From NCBI GenBank assembly GCA_000320545.1, contig ADNK01001857.1:21707-85706 (forward strand): 64,000 bases of DNA, in the 5' to 3' direction. Below are positions 26,962 through 41,127 of this stretch, one piece after another. Made by a program: the position numbers and the translations under genes. A model generated the notes under the pieces. The model was not told the origin of the DNA. It did no database searches and was given only the letters and a program-made list of their open reading frames with translations. The stretch comes from Bigelowiella natans CCMP2755. Lineage: Eukaryota > Protista > Cercozoa. Each line of letters opens with the position of its first letter. The first letter of the stretch is position 1.

Positions 26962-28367
26962 CGGCTTGATAGGTGTCCTCTCTTCCAAATCTTGAGATTT
27001 TGACTCCGAGGCGTGAAGCTATATAACAAGGAGGAATAGCGACGACGACAAGGGATATGCAGGAAGCAATTGAGATCAAAGGAGGTGCGGGGCACACACA
27101 AGTTGTTCTTACTAACAACAACAGCATGGTGTCATCTTTCGAGCAAACGCCCATTTTAGCTAATGATATTGAATTACAAGTTGCAGCTCCTCCTCTGTAG
27201 GATCTCTAAGAAGAAGAGCACTGAGGGTAATCATCACGAAATATGCTGCTCCCAATACCTACATTATTGACGTATCACTGTTGTGAGAAAATGGGGGAGA
27301 AGAGACAGACAACATGGGATTCATGCTGCTGTTTCAGAAGCACTAGTAGGTAGCTTACCATGAACATTAATGGAACTCGATCAGCAACATCTTCGTCAAA
27401 AAATGGATCAGGTTGCTTGTTTTCAGGGTTACAAATGTATGCTCCAAGCACATTGAAGAATGCCCCCCCCAATCCAAATCCTGCTACGACAATTCCCGAG
27501 ATTACACCTGTTTGAACATACAACAATGTTCATGGTTGAACTGTCGTGTGTAGTAGTAGTAACTAACTAACTACTCTGTGTTTTCATCACCTTTTCGGTC
27601 AGGAAGCCATTTCATCCCACAGGTGATAGGATTCATGTATACAATTCCCATACCAACACCAAATGTGAAGGCGTATGTAATCAACTGTATATCAATATGA
27701 ATATAATATGAATGGATGATATGAGTGGATTATTTTAATGAATGATTACCAATTGTCTTATGGTCGTCGCATAGGCTGAAAATGCTACACCCGCAGCAAA
27801 AATCACGCCTCCGATTAGTGCCGTGATTCGAGGGCCAATCTTCTTTTCGATCATCCCACTTACAGGCATTGCCATTGCTTGCGCAGCCTATTGATTATTT
27901 TGTCAATCGAACGATTTTTCATTGAACTTATAACTTAGAAAAAGAAGTCCTTTGTACCGGGGTGAGCATAAATACTATAATGGTGTCGCTATACTGCAGA
28001 GTCGGGTCGAACTTGCGGAGGTAAGACGTGATATACGGCGTGAGTGCACCCCAGCAATACTGAATAATATCATGATGGAGTTGAGGAAATTGTAGAGGTA
28101 GTACTCAATATTTGAACACTTGATAACTTACTTATAAAAAAATGTTTAATTAATTAATTCATACCAGAGTCCCCAGGCAGAGGTGCATAAAAAACCTATC
28201 GTCGATCACCACAGGGGGGTATTATGATTCGAAGCCGTATGATATGATGATTATTGTAATGACAATGGCGATGACGATTATAAGTTATGTAATGATAATG
28301 AACTTCTAAGACAAAAGCTAAGTTACCCCGAGAGAGCCACCACCCATCCGTAATTAAATACTGCCAT
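25228..28367 (-). CDS. MFS transporter, oxalate:formate antiporter (OFA)/monocarboxylate-like family
   Basis: Spliced exons MAVFNYGWVVALSGFFMHLCLGTL|YCWGALTPYITSYLR..., GVGMGIVYMNPITCGMKWLPDRK|GVISGIVVAGFGLG, VNGAGRLFYGALADTIGFK, ending ...GAYSLTSPW*. Confidence 0.9.
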
Positions 28368-28977
28368 AGTAGTTCGTTAGCCGAGTAGACCTTCCTAACA
28401 CACGATCGAGAAAGACTGCTCAGTGGTAATCACTACTTTTCTTTACCAAAGCAACCAAATTGTGAGAACAAGGGTGGCGACGGTAAAAATAAAAATTTTC
28501 AGGAAAAATGAGAAAAGGCGGGGGGGGGGGGGGGGGTCCTACCTCTCTACGCAGAGTTTATTCTCAGTATGTGTATTTTCCCGTCAGGAGGGTATTATGA
28601 TGGTGGGTCTGTCTGCAGGCCGTTGCTCGGCAATCAACGATTAAATTGGAGAAATAAGATAAAAATACATGCCATTTTTAAAATGCTAATGTTAAGACTA
28701 GTATTTATCCCCAAATCACCCCAATCCGAAGGAAAGCAATGCAAAGGTGAGTGTGGTCGAGAGCAGAAGGCAAAAATCGTAGTTAACGGCCTAAAATAAA
28801 TTGCATTGTTTTTGGATGTGGAAGTCGTAATGTCTGAACCGACTCCAAAAAAAAAAAAAAGAAGAAGCGGTTGCAGCAAAAAAAATAGTCAGGTGGGGTA
28901 CTGGGAAACTACTAGTAGACAACTATTTTCTACGACTGTGCACAACAACAAACAGAACACATAGATCAGCATAGAAG

Positions 28978-29924
28978 ATGGATGGTCGAAGAACATCTGA
29001 GGAAGAAGTTCCTGGATCTACTACTACTACGTACTCGAACGACGAACTTTAAGACAAGAGAATTAGCAGTAGATCTAATATCTTGCATGATCTAGTGTGA
29101 GCGACAATGGGTTAAGTATTGTCGCACGTATCATCACTCTGGTCAATCTACGGTTGGTTTCACTGCGTTATTTGTTATAGTTATACGACGACGACTTCTC
29201 CTGTTATATATTACTATCTGCTTACTGCTACGAGCACGACAACCACCACCAGATTATTCTTTTGATATTAGATCATTACGAGATCCAGGATCATCGCTGC
29301 AGCATTGCACAATGCAACACCTATCTTCTATAGAGATAAAGCAGAAAGCAGAACAACCCCTGTCTGCGATGGAGATCAAGCAGAAAGCAGAACATAAGGG
29401 AGTCGTTGATATCGTGAAGGTATTGATTGCCCGTTTACAGATCCTCCCAGCACGCAGTCCATCTAACATATGTTTTGAAACAGAAAATCAAGGGAAAATT
29501 TCCCGGAGTACTTCCAGTCGAGGAGGCGCTGAAAGTCACCCAACAGTTATTTCAAAAGCACGGATTCACACCAAAGGTTGTGGAGTGGACAAATATGTTA
29601 AAAATGATCTTTATTATTAAAGCCTTTATCACTCTTTTGCAAATTGTCAGTCTTGTCTTCTGGCTGCTTCCACGTGTTCCGACGAAATAAATCGAGTTGT
29701 GGATCGATTTTCAGACGTATGGGTATATTATCATCCATACCGAATTCTCTAATGGTTTTATCTTCAATGAAAAGAAGTATGCTCAATGCCTGCTTTTCGC
29801 ATTTTGCACGTGCCACGCTGAACAAATTTAGGGAGAGTGTTTCAATCTCGGAGGCCTCGCAGGGCTACCGTTCACAGGAAAATCAGGATTTAATGCACTA
29901 AGCCATCACATTCCGGTCAAATAA

Positions 29925-29959
<35 letters not shown>

Positions 29960-30969
29960 TTGAGTGTCATTTACGGATATAACTAGGATAATGGGCAGCT
30001 TCTAATTTTATTTGCCCCTCACATTGGAGTAACCAAGACGGTCAGTGATGACTGAATCGAAATTACTGCTGACTGAACACCGTCGTTGATTTACAAGAAG
30101 CTTATCCCTATTATTTCAAAAAGGGAGAAGTTGGAATGATAATGCGTCGAGGCATGAAAGAAAGCACAACAGCTTGCGGGTATCGAAAGATTTTCATCGT
30201 CACCATTTTTTTTATGTTAAAAGAACAAACTAAGTTATGATTACAATGCAGTTCGTGTATGGCTGCCTATGAAGCTGCAATTTCAAGATCAGTAATAACA
30301 AAGGATGATCCTGGTAAGAGGGAGATACAAAATAGAATTGAACAGAATGTACATCATATACTAATACTATCTTTCGCTTAGATGAGCTAATCGGCGACAG
30401 GCAGCAAACTATTATAAACAAAATAGTCAAATCCTTCTTGCCCAGAATCGAGAAGGTTAATAGGGTTACACTGTGTGAATGAAGAGAACATGTCATGTAT
30501 GTGATGTTTTATGATTTAAATGTAGGAGAGGGAGGACGCTCTGGTGTGTGTTGCAAATATGATGTACGAGACAATTAAAAAAGAAATCTTAAAGATTATT
30601 CCAAACGACTTCAAGGTAAATGTTCTTTCTCAAGATCATTGAAGATACTCATCATCATTTTTTACTGCCGTTATTGTTGTTTTCAGTATTCGGTCGGTCT
30701 CATCGGAGGAATTCATGTAAACACGGATCATGGAGATAATGAAAATACTACATCAGATTTTTTCGTAATTAAAGACCTCATGCTTCGAAAAGGATCATCG
30801 GTAAGTGTGAAGTAATATCAATCAAAATGAAAGATTATGATGATGATGAGGATATGCATGTAAGTTTTAATCCTTGTTAAAACCTCAGAAGTCCCCGAGG
30901 TTTCGAGAACTGGGAACATATATAGAGACACATATAAAGGATACTTACGACGCCAGTGATCGAAACTAA
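28978..30969 (+). CDS. LCIB/LCIC-family theta-class carbonic anhydrase; alternative start at 29312
   Basis: Exons give FPGVLP, STCSDEINR, FNLGGLAGLPFTGKSGFNALSHHIP, FAPHIG, TTACGS, GLIGGIHVNT. These are LCIB motifs, with Cys-His-Cys metal ligands present. Exon 28978-29030 can splice in frame to 29272. Confidence 0.9.
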
Positions 30970-31439
30970 ATCGTCGTCGTCATGAAAAGGGGATCGTCGT
31001 GCATTTCACGATGAAAAGAAATGTAGTTCTTTCAATTACATTTTAGCCTTTTCTATCTACTTTATGGGCACAATTAATGCAAATCTTGTGATAACAATTT
31101 TAATAATTGAATTAGTAGATATTCTAAACTAAATCAATTCAGAATATAATTATTTGAGGCTAGATATTGGATGTAAACTCACTATGAGAATGGTGAAAAA
31201 TGTAATTCATACTTATTTATTCTTTAACGTAAATTTTAATTCATGTAAATATAAACTCTAAAAATCGCACGATATGTCAAATTGTGTCGGTGGTCTCTCG
31301 TATCCCATTCTTTACTTTGGAAACTTTTTCTCTCACAAATACGATTTCTAACTGCAATGCTGCTGCATTTTTCTATAAGGTGATTATACTTAGCAGGCTA
31401 GTCTTTCAATTCATCTCGCCATTGTCTTTGTTGGTTAAT

Positions 31440-32030
31440 ATTGTTGCTGAGCGACGTGTTAATCCAACACTAATTAATGCTACCTCACTGCCACGAAGTT
31501 CGACTACTTCGATTTAGCTATTCCATGTGTCGCATTAAACGTAATTAATCGGAGTAACACAGCGTCTGGCAAGCAACACGCCACCATTCGATAAAACTGC
31601 TCATGTGCGCAAATATCGATGCTTTTATGTGCCATGCATTATGCCTAGCTATTAGTTCGTTCTGCAAGAACATACGTGGCTTACAAGGCTGCACGTATGT
31701 ATGTAGCCATCTTAACACTACACATTCTCGCATGCCTGGGGAACATGGGAACATATAATGATCTCACGTTTGAGGCACGCATCCCGTACGACATTCTCAT
31801 GAAGTTTTTAGCATTATCACTATCTACCTCACATCTTTCCACACCTACAACAAAGCCGATAGTAGCCAGATATGCTTTCCTTTACTTGAAGTAAAGCGCG
31901 AAACATGGTAACTGTGCAAGGTCTGATACGCTTTTATTCGGCCTACTTCAAGCAATGCTAGTAATAAGCTAGTATTCTATACTAACCAATTAGCATGGTC
32001 ATTGAAAACAAATCGATAGACTAATAATGA
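31440..32030. other. RY-alternating intergenic block (convergent junction)
   Basis: Same word usage, between theta-CA (+) and GT31 (-). Confidence 0.6.
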
Positions 32031-32155
32031 ATATTGCGTGAGATACACGGAGTAATATACACATTGTACGGCATCAATTCTACAAAGGGCTATAATGACT
32101 TGGTTGAGCAGCCGTTCAGAGCTCACTCACTCTTCTCCCTTAGCTACAGTCAGAA

Positions 32156-32751
32156 TTATGATTTTGGCGACGCTGGTGAAACGGTAGCAGCATGTTTCCT
32201 CACGAATCTATCCAGTGGAGGTTGAAGGAACTCTAGAAGAAGTCTAACAATGATTGCAATTTCATTGCATGAGGTGTTCAGAATCTTCGTATTACATCAC
32301 AAACAGATCACTGATTCTTTAACTAAGATCCATTTCAAGCACAGGCCAAGAGGAGGAGTATTTAAGTAATGATCTTGATGTCACGTTTATTCCCCAAGAA
32401 AACAAGCAGAAAAGCTGTGTTGCTACTTCTACTAGTAGTACCTCCACGTCTGCATATCATTAGCCTCAGGAGCTTCTGAGTATCCCCCAAGTTTCAAATT
32501 TGACCACCTTCGGCAAAGATTCTATGCTCAATTGAAGGTCATCAATCAAAACAACGAACGCTGAGATAAAGTCGTCTACTTCTAATATGGTGCTTTCACT
32601 TCGCTCTCGTATATTTTAGGGTAGTACTACTACCTTTTGTTTCGCTGTTGTGAAGTAATATTCTTCCATTCATCTTGATGAAGAATAACATTGTCCACAA
32701 ACTCTACCTGCACCACACATAGAGAACTATAAATGTCTAATGTTATGGATG

Positions 32752-32828
<77 letters not shown>

Positions 32829-33057
32829 TGCTGCACAATCATACTTCAGGTCCTTCCATGTAATGAAATGTAATGGAGTTTGCAGAACAGCAATCACGAC
32901 CCTGGTGATTTCAACAACAAAACACACACACACACACACACGCACAGTCGATGTCTGTGTATCTGTATATCTCGCCCTCATACATACACATATACATAAA
33001 GTTAGTATGAGTGCGTCATCATCCTCATTTAGCACCTATACATACTATATATACTAC

Positions 33058-33101
<44 letters not shown>

Positions 33102-33744
33102 CATATATTGATATGCATGTATATCGTAGAAATACTACTAGCAACGCACTAATACTAACCTTATGTATAGGTTCATTGATGAGGGCGGAATATTCAGATA
33201 CCCAACCATCGACTGTGCCTTTCACTGTGCGTGTGGGATTGTAGATATGGAATCTTTGTCTTTGAAAAAGAAGGAGAAGAAGAAGAGGAAGATGAGGAGA
33301 GAAGAGGAAGAACAACCACAAGAAGAAGAAAACGAAGGAAGAGGAGGAGGAGGAGGAGAAAAAGAGCAGAAGCAGCAACAAGATAGAGAAAAGATATTAT
33401 CATCCATAAAGCGCCCAGCATTTGCAGTCTTCATTATCATATCAACAATCATCATCATCAAGAGTAGTCTACTCGCTGCTCACGAAATCCATGATTACCT
33501 TCCAAGGTTATCGGTAGATTTGTTAGCCTCCATTCCTTCACACCAACAATGATGAGGATGATGATGATGATGGCGACGATATAGTACAAGAGGACAAGGA
33601 GAAGAAGAAGAAGAATACGGTGATAAATTGAAATTAAAAACAACGACAGTGAAAATGTAGTAAAAGTTACAGAACCTGCTGAAAGGAAGCATGTTGTTAC
33701 TCCAACGTCTCTAGCATTCATAAGCCATTCATTGTCCTATGTAT

Positions 33745-33813
<69 letters not shown>

Positions 33814-34215
33814 CGTGTGTGTGATTTTTCAGGAAAATAAGATCTGCATCATCATCATCATCATTATTCATCATTATATTTCGAGAAATAATGTCAAGAA
33901 CAATCCTGATTATCAAAATGAGCAGGCAAAAGATCGCAGCAACCTTATTTGCTTTAAGGCAGTTGTCCCAATTCTTCAAATATCTTCATGATCACAGCAT
34001 TTCAATAATACACTCTATTACCACCATACTTATCCTCGCATTAATAAGGTGTTTGGACAATGAAGCTGGTGGTCTAGATAGTGATGCTGATGATGCTGAT
34101 GCTGATGATTGACCTTTCGCATGCTCCACCGCTCATAACCCACCCTGCCCCCCTACATCGATCATACAACAATTGATGTTTGTGAGTGGTATCGATGTGT
34201 AATAATAAATCCGTC

Positions 34216-34249
<34 letters not shown>

Positions 34250-34480
34250 ATCTTGTACTGTGTACGTACAGTACAGTACATCATTGATTCAAATACGCTG
34301 CGAGGTGCTTTGTATAGAATTGTTGGTTGCACGCATGTTCGCACACTACAGCCTTTAGATAGTGTGAATGATGATTGTATGGCACGAACCCACTCATGAA
34401 CATCTCTGTGTCGCTAATACGCAACCGACGGCCCTATAGAAAGAAAGTAACGTATCAATCAATCAACCAATCTACACCGG

Positions 34481-34517
<37 letters not shown>

Positions 34518-35799
34518 GTCACAAGTCGTCAGAAATGTGATGAACGAGAGTTTGTAAGTTCCATTATATAATGATGATAGCCCTCCTATACGAATATCTA
34601 GGCATGGATGTTGTACTCTAATGGTGTTTATTGCTGACCAGGACATGGGGGTATATCGGGTTCATTGTGCTTATGTAGGAAAGAAGATTTTCCAACATCA
34701 CGTATGTTATAGTATCAACCTGTACCATGCTTCATTCAGTGGTGAAACTTGATGATTATGATGATGATGATGGTGATGATAATGATGAAGCGTAGAAGAC
34801 ATATTCAATGATAATCGTTATCATTGGTGACAATATCATTAGATTTCATAAAATGAGATGCATACAATGGGTACAACGGCATACGATAAATCATACATAC
34901 ATCCACACACAAACACGACCTTAACAACCCAAGTCTTGTTCATGTCGCTTACTGAATCAATACATAGGAGAAGAAGATATGCAGCTTTATGCGATGATAC
35001 AATTTGGCACAATAGCTCTTCATAGCAGATAATTATTTCAATTACTATTCAATTGTTGCCTTATGATTCATAATCATCTCTACAAATGCTTCATCATTTC
35101 CTTCTTCTTCATCAACATTATCATCACATTGTCATTATCGCCTTATGATTAACTAAGTATCACCTTGATCACGAATTTTGGTAAGAGCCCATGCAAATTG
35201 GGTTACAGGAACTTCGTTATCTACAGGCAGCATTTTTGACAATTAGTTTCCAAAGAATAGCATGCACACCTCCACATATACTACTACTTTAACGTCGTGG
35301 TGCACGTTTACGATTACGACAACAAGGGATTGGCTGCTCCATCATCATCTCAATGATTTGTGAATTAACCTGGGGTCCATAAATGCACATGCTTCGGTAA
35401 GGTAGTCGCATTTGCGATTGGCGTGGTCTTGTCGTCATAGTTGTAATACAAAAAAGATCAGTCACTTCGACGAGGAGTCCGACGCAAATTTCTGTCATTT
35501 TTTTACCGTTTGCTTCCCATGCTTTGTAACAATGTCCAGGATGATTCGGAAGTCTCTTTTCCCCTAAATGAGAGCGATATCATTGGATTTCTGAGTAATG
35601 AAAGTGGGTAATACTTAATTAAGTACATATTGGCACCTTGGCATCGGAAACGAGAGGTGCTTTCCCCCATGTATTCAGTACGGCCTAAGCGAATCAAGTA
35701 GGATTCATGCATACAAACCTATCTCTGAACTTCTGCATAAATATAATACTACCTTTATCCGTTCCGGATGTCTCTCTCTGTCAACGCTTTTAGAATATA

Positions 35800-35833
<34 letters not shown>

Positions 35834-36349
35834 AATATTATATGTTGGGAGGAGGAGGAGGAGGCATCATAACGAACAACATCAAGGTAGCACCAGTTAA
35901 AAAAGATATTTTCCACCTTGTCGGAAAAATCAGAAAAACAACTTCGATTATCTCGCGAGGTTGCTCTTCCTGTCGTAGCCAGTGTGCGGATAAAAATGAT
36001 GACGATGATGATGATGATGATACTGCAGATTGCGCTGAATAATCCCAAGTCGAGAGATACATAAGAGTTGCGCAAATCCCGAAGATGGTCAGTATGGCGA
36101 AAGCCCCCACATTCTTTCTGTTGTACATCTGCCAAGTTACATTGAAGTAGTAAAAATAGATTCGAGGAGACATGCGTGAACCATGCCTATGACAACCTGT
36201 TTCCTGAGGTGCTGGTAACCGATGTGTAAAATGGAGTGCGGTTTTTTTTTGCCATATTTGATGAAATCGCCACCGGTGGATGCAACATCGTCTCCTGTCT
36301 GGCAGTTGCGCTGTTGTTGAGAAAGGGGATCATCATCGTCGTCTTTCAT
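32156..36349 (-). CDS. GT31 glycosyltransferase-like type II membrane protein (C1GALT1/Fringe-like) with degenerate DxD
   Basis: N-terminal TM segment. Spliced motifs WVVK|VDTITYVMLENLLSY...P.VL|GRRLR...FMSG|GAGWVMS, ARDVGVTTCF, STDNLGR, RFHIYNP, DCCSANSITFHYM follow the C1GALT1 order. Confidence 0.85.
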
Positions 36350-36763
36350 GATGGCTACTGCTCTCCTTGCGCTTACTGTATTTATCCCTCTACGACAAAG
36401 AAAATGGTGAAATATGTAAACATTTCCCCATCAAACTAGCACTGCGACAACCGTAGATTCTTAACTCGTATCGATACGAAAAATCGACCTTGATCTTGTC
36501 TCTTGGCGTACTTGGCCACGGATGATGATGAATTTAGCGTTTACCGCTTAATCAACCTGCCATTTCCTGTCTACGGCAATAAAATGTACACTCATCTCTA
36601 CGCCTCTCCACAAATGCGGGAAGCTATTTGCAATCTTCGATGGGACACGTGTTTTTATGTGCCAATTGCAACCGAGCGACAATCAGAAATCTATGTCCGA
36701 CTGGAAAATGACCTGCATCTTTCCTTTGCGTGCTTACCATCCGAACAATCGAAGAAGGTAGCA
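36350..36763. promoter_or_regulatory. Putative bidirectional promoter (GT31 / telobox-J)
   Basis: Divergent start codons 415 bp apart; positional inference only. Confidence 0.55.
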
Positions 36764-39098
36764 ATGGGGAAAAGGATCAGATGGACTCAAGAGGAGGAGG
36801 CCGCTCTCGTCAGGGGGGTGAAGGATTACGGTGCTGGAAGCTGGGCCAGAATTCTATCGGCTCACAGGAAAACATTCCAGTATTACTCCACCATGAATTC
36901 GTAGCAGCTCAGACCGATATGACATTAATTATGCTGCAACAAGGTGGATTCGATCTCAAATAATCACCTACTCCTCCATTCTTTGTTCTACTTAGTCCAG
37001 TTCGAACGGGTATTCACTTGAAGGACAAGTGGAGAAACCTGAAGAATAGAGGGTTGGTATCTGGGACAAAGTTGATCAAGCCATCTCCGAGTCTGGAAGA
37101 GGTAGACATCAGATTGTCAGCATCACAAGCAGCTTTAATCCAACTTTACACAATCTGCGACCATGGTTCAATTGTCATTCACTTAACCTTAGAACTAAGA
37201 TACAGATTTGAACGCACAATACTAAGATGAATAGAAAAATGAGTAAGAGGGCACATAAATGCCATGTGGATTATGGAGCAGGAGGAGGTCACGAACTACT
37301 ATGAAATTCTGGGAGTGAGTCCACACTCATGCACAACCTTCGATATCAAGAACGCGTGGGAAGAATATCATCAGCACAACTGTCCAGATATTCATACCTC
37401 GGAGGAGAATAAGGCAAAATATTTCGATGTGCAAAGAGCTGTTGATATGCTCTCCAATCCAACATCAAAGGTCGCGTACGATCAAAGGTAGATTCTTTTT
37501 TATGACCGTAGTCGTAGCGGAAACAAAACTTCATCACCGTCATAATCAACATAATCATAATCACTACCGCAACCATTATCAATGAGAACGATGCACAGAA
37601 CTGAAAATGAATTAATTGGTACGTGATACTTTGTCAGACTGTTGAGACATTTCCGTAAGCGCGGCAAATCCTGGATAGATAAAGATGGAAATGATGAGCG
37701 CGGAAGAAAATATCCAAAATTGAGTATGAAGGGTGAGAGAAAAACCGTTGACTTGAAGGATGAGGCCACAGGGGAGGAGGAAAAAAAGAGACTAAGAGAC
37801 AAGCCAACCAGCCAAACGCCTCCAAAGTCGCAATCTTCCCAAGTCAGTGACCTTTAACACCAGCCTGTAGACATTGGCACATGAATGTGCACTGCCACTA
37901 CGGATGAGAGTCACGTACGACTTACACTGTCTCATTATCATCATATTTCATACTGCAATTCAGGAAGCAAAAGCCGCAACAATCGCATCAGCAGGTAGTA
38001 GTCGCATCATCCTAATATTATTGCTTCGAGTTAATAATACATTGATTTTAGGTGAACGCTCTGCTCAGAGCCCTACATGGACGAAGAAGTTGACGAAAAG
38101 CAATAATGAGGAGGACTTGATTGATGACAGCCTCCCTCGAGAGATCGGGAGCACTCTTTTTGTAATATATTATTATCTGTAATTCTAGAAATCATCATCC
38201 TCAAAACGATGTCACCCCAACCTCAAATAATTGGAGACACATGTAGTACATAACCATATATGTACATCTGAAACAGGACGAAGTACAGAACAGTGAGGAG
38301 GAAGACCACGTAGATGAATTACAGGACGAAGAGGAAGAGGAAGACCTCGTAGACGAAGTGCAGCATAGTCAAGAGCAAAGAGATATCGTCAGCGATTATT
38401 CTGTAGAAAGAAATCAGGAGGATGAGGATGAGGAAAGGGAATTTGAAGAGGATGAAGTCTCGGGGGATATTAGCCCAAATGAGGAAGTAAGCGGTCCTCA
38501 CACGTGGACCAAGACAAAGCTAAGGTTGTTGGTGCTCATCATCATCAAAATAATCATATTGTGAATACACAATAAAAACTACTACATTCTGAGCATGATT
38601 GTGGTACCAGGTCATCTCATTCCTGTGGTTTGGTTGTCCTCGTCCTTTTACTTTGCATTTGTTAGAAACTATCTTAAGAGAATGGGATGCTACTCTACGG
38701 ATGAATTGCCCTCGTCGCGACGGGAGTTGGTCATCTACGCAGAGAGGTTCTCCATATCATAATTCTTGGTGTAACTAAACCTACTCACCGTCCCCTCTTT
38801 TCTCTCCTTTTTGACATTCTCACTTATTCTATCTTTAGAATAGGTCATTCATGTATACTGAACTAATTTATATCCATTGCCAAAAACACTATATGGAAGT
38901 CTCTGGTACTCTGACGATGAAGAGGACGACGAAGAAAAGAGCAGCAGCCTCTCAAACTTCGATGATGAAATTCTTTTTGAAAGCATGTTGAAAGCGTTCC
39001 AGAAACAGCGGTCAAAGCATCTCACACGAAAGCAAAAAGCCCTCACGAAAGACTTCTGGGATCTACTCGTTGAGAAGCAGCTTATTAATTTTGACTGA
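36764..39098 (+). CDS. Telobox (TRF-like) Myb protein, apparently fused to a J-like domain and an acidic low-complexity tail
   Basis: Exons 36764-36879 and 36996-37101 give RIRWTQEEEAALVRGVKDYGAGSWARIL...RTGIHLKDKWRNL. Exon 37282-37487 gives NYYEILGV...IKNAWEEYHQHNCPD...YFDVQRAVDMLSNPTSKVAYDQ. Further exons run to a stop at 39098. Confidence 0.75.
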
Positions 39099-39219
39099 TA
39101 GGGTACTCACTTGATAACTTCACAATCATCCTTAGCATTTGAGACGTCCATCATCAATGATCGAAGGAACCCTTTAATTACTGCTTAAAACTTCCCTTAA
39201 ATTCGAATCTGTAGTATAA

Positions 39220-39903
39220 GCTTAAATGTGTGTAGCATATATATTGCATAAATGTCTTTGACGGAGTATCTAAAATTTGTCGATTGTCATCCTTTTAGCA
39301 TATGTATATATGTATATAATCTGCAAGGCATGCCGTACTTATTATTTGTAACGCTGGTGCTGGTCCTCGTGCACAAAGTCTGTTTGGTGCTGCGTGTATT
39401 TTTGCCATAGTTGTAGAGCGGCTTAGCTTTGTTACGCATTCTGCATTGTGTGGTCTTGCTAGCTTGGACCATGACAGTTTATTGTTTTGTAAACAACTAT
39501 AGTCATGATTAATGATAGGACCAGAGGAGACAGGAAAGCTTCATATGAATTCTCATGCGCGCGAGCTAGACATGCATGCATGCACATCTAGATGTGGCAA
39601 CACACTGCACTCACAGCTGGTGATTTACGCTGACTCGTACGCGTCTACGTACGGGCGTCACCTGCTGGCTTGATGCCCCGCCGGTGTATGTCACATGGAT
39701 CGATGTAGCACATATGCAAAGCGCGTATAGCATTGCATGCTCCACAGTTGCAATACATCGTATCCAGCAGCCTACTGTGTGCACAGCATGCGCATATAGC
39801 CTTATTGCGAATAGAAGAGAGTATATCATGTCAAAGCAATGCTTGAGGATGATCGAGACACGGTATATACTGTACAAAATCTCGCAGGCATGTACGTGCA
39901 ACG
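39220..39903. other. RY-alternating intergenic block (convergent junction)
   Basis: Includes CATGCGCGCG, CATGCATGCATGCA and GTACGCGT; between telobox-J (+) and the nucleotide-sugar transporter (-). Confidence 0.7.
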
Positions 39904-41092
39904 CTAATTTTTTTTTCCCTTTATTTTTCCAGTGGAAAACTCCTTTCGAGACATTCCATACCTACAAAGAGTTGATAAAGAAAGTAGCATTTTTTTTATA
40001 AAAGAGCTTTCTGACCAAATTGTTCCAACATACCAAGCACTGCCGACCAGAGATAACATTATTCCGGTGATCTCACCCTGAAATTGTAACCTCAAGTATA
40101 TCAGATTATATACAAAGACGCTCAATTTTGAAGCTTACCGTGGAAGGGAAACTCTCAATCCCACATATAAAACTGAGAGCTATGATGATGAACTTGTGCA
40201 GCAACAACACAGCAAATTTCAGTGAATGAAGGTTGAAGTGTAATGAGCATTGAAATCACCTTTTGAATAACTGCTGCTATTCCTTGTACTATAACCGCTA
40301 TCACTCACCACAACAACAACTACTTTTTCTACTACTATCTACATCTACTTCTACTACTCTACTAATATTGCTCCTACTACCACGACTACTATCACAAACT
40401 GCTGTCTTTACCTTGTTCGAATTCCTCACAACGCTGAACGAAGTTGAAGAGATTAGGGTTTGCAGTCTGATAGCTGTTGTGCTAATAAAGAAACCACCCA
40501 CCATGGTGGCTGCCAAACATGCTTTCTCTAAAACAGGGAGGGCCATCAACTTTCTATACGGCTCCTCCTTTGTAGCTAATTCTCCATTTAAAGTAGCCAT
40601 GTACAGAAGGACGGGGCTACTGAGAATACTAAATAATATGTATAGTACGATACGATAGAACAATCGGTTTGATGAAGGAGCACGTAGCGAGGGTAATAAA
40701 TAAGTACCAGTGGTAAAATTGCTGTCCATGCATTGATAGCGGCCAGTTCTAAGGGAGAATCATAAAACCACTAATTGAATGTTTTGCGAACAGGCAATGG
40801 AATGACGTTAGGGTCATCAATGGAACTTCTAATTCCCTACCTTGACTAAATGCCGTACCCAAAGGTCGTACAATATATTGCAGGCCAAGTGTATCAAAGT
40901 CCATATATGAGCAGCTAAGTGTAGCAATTTCTTTCTCAGTTCAGTCTTCAATTTCGTAGTTAAAATTCATTTATTTCGTGCGTCTAACGCACCTACTTAC
41001 TCACTCACCTCTTCCCGCATGTGATAAAACACTGCTCAAACTTCGATAGTAAACCAAAGAGCCGACAAAAATTACTATCAAGGCCCCCACAG

Positions 41093-41127
<35 letters not shown>

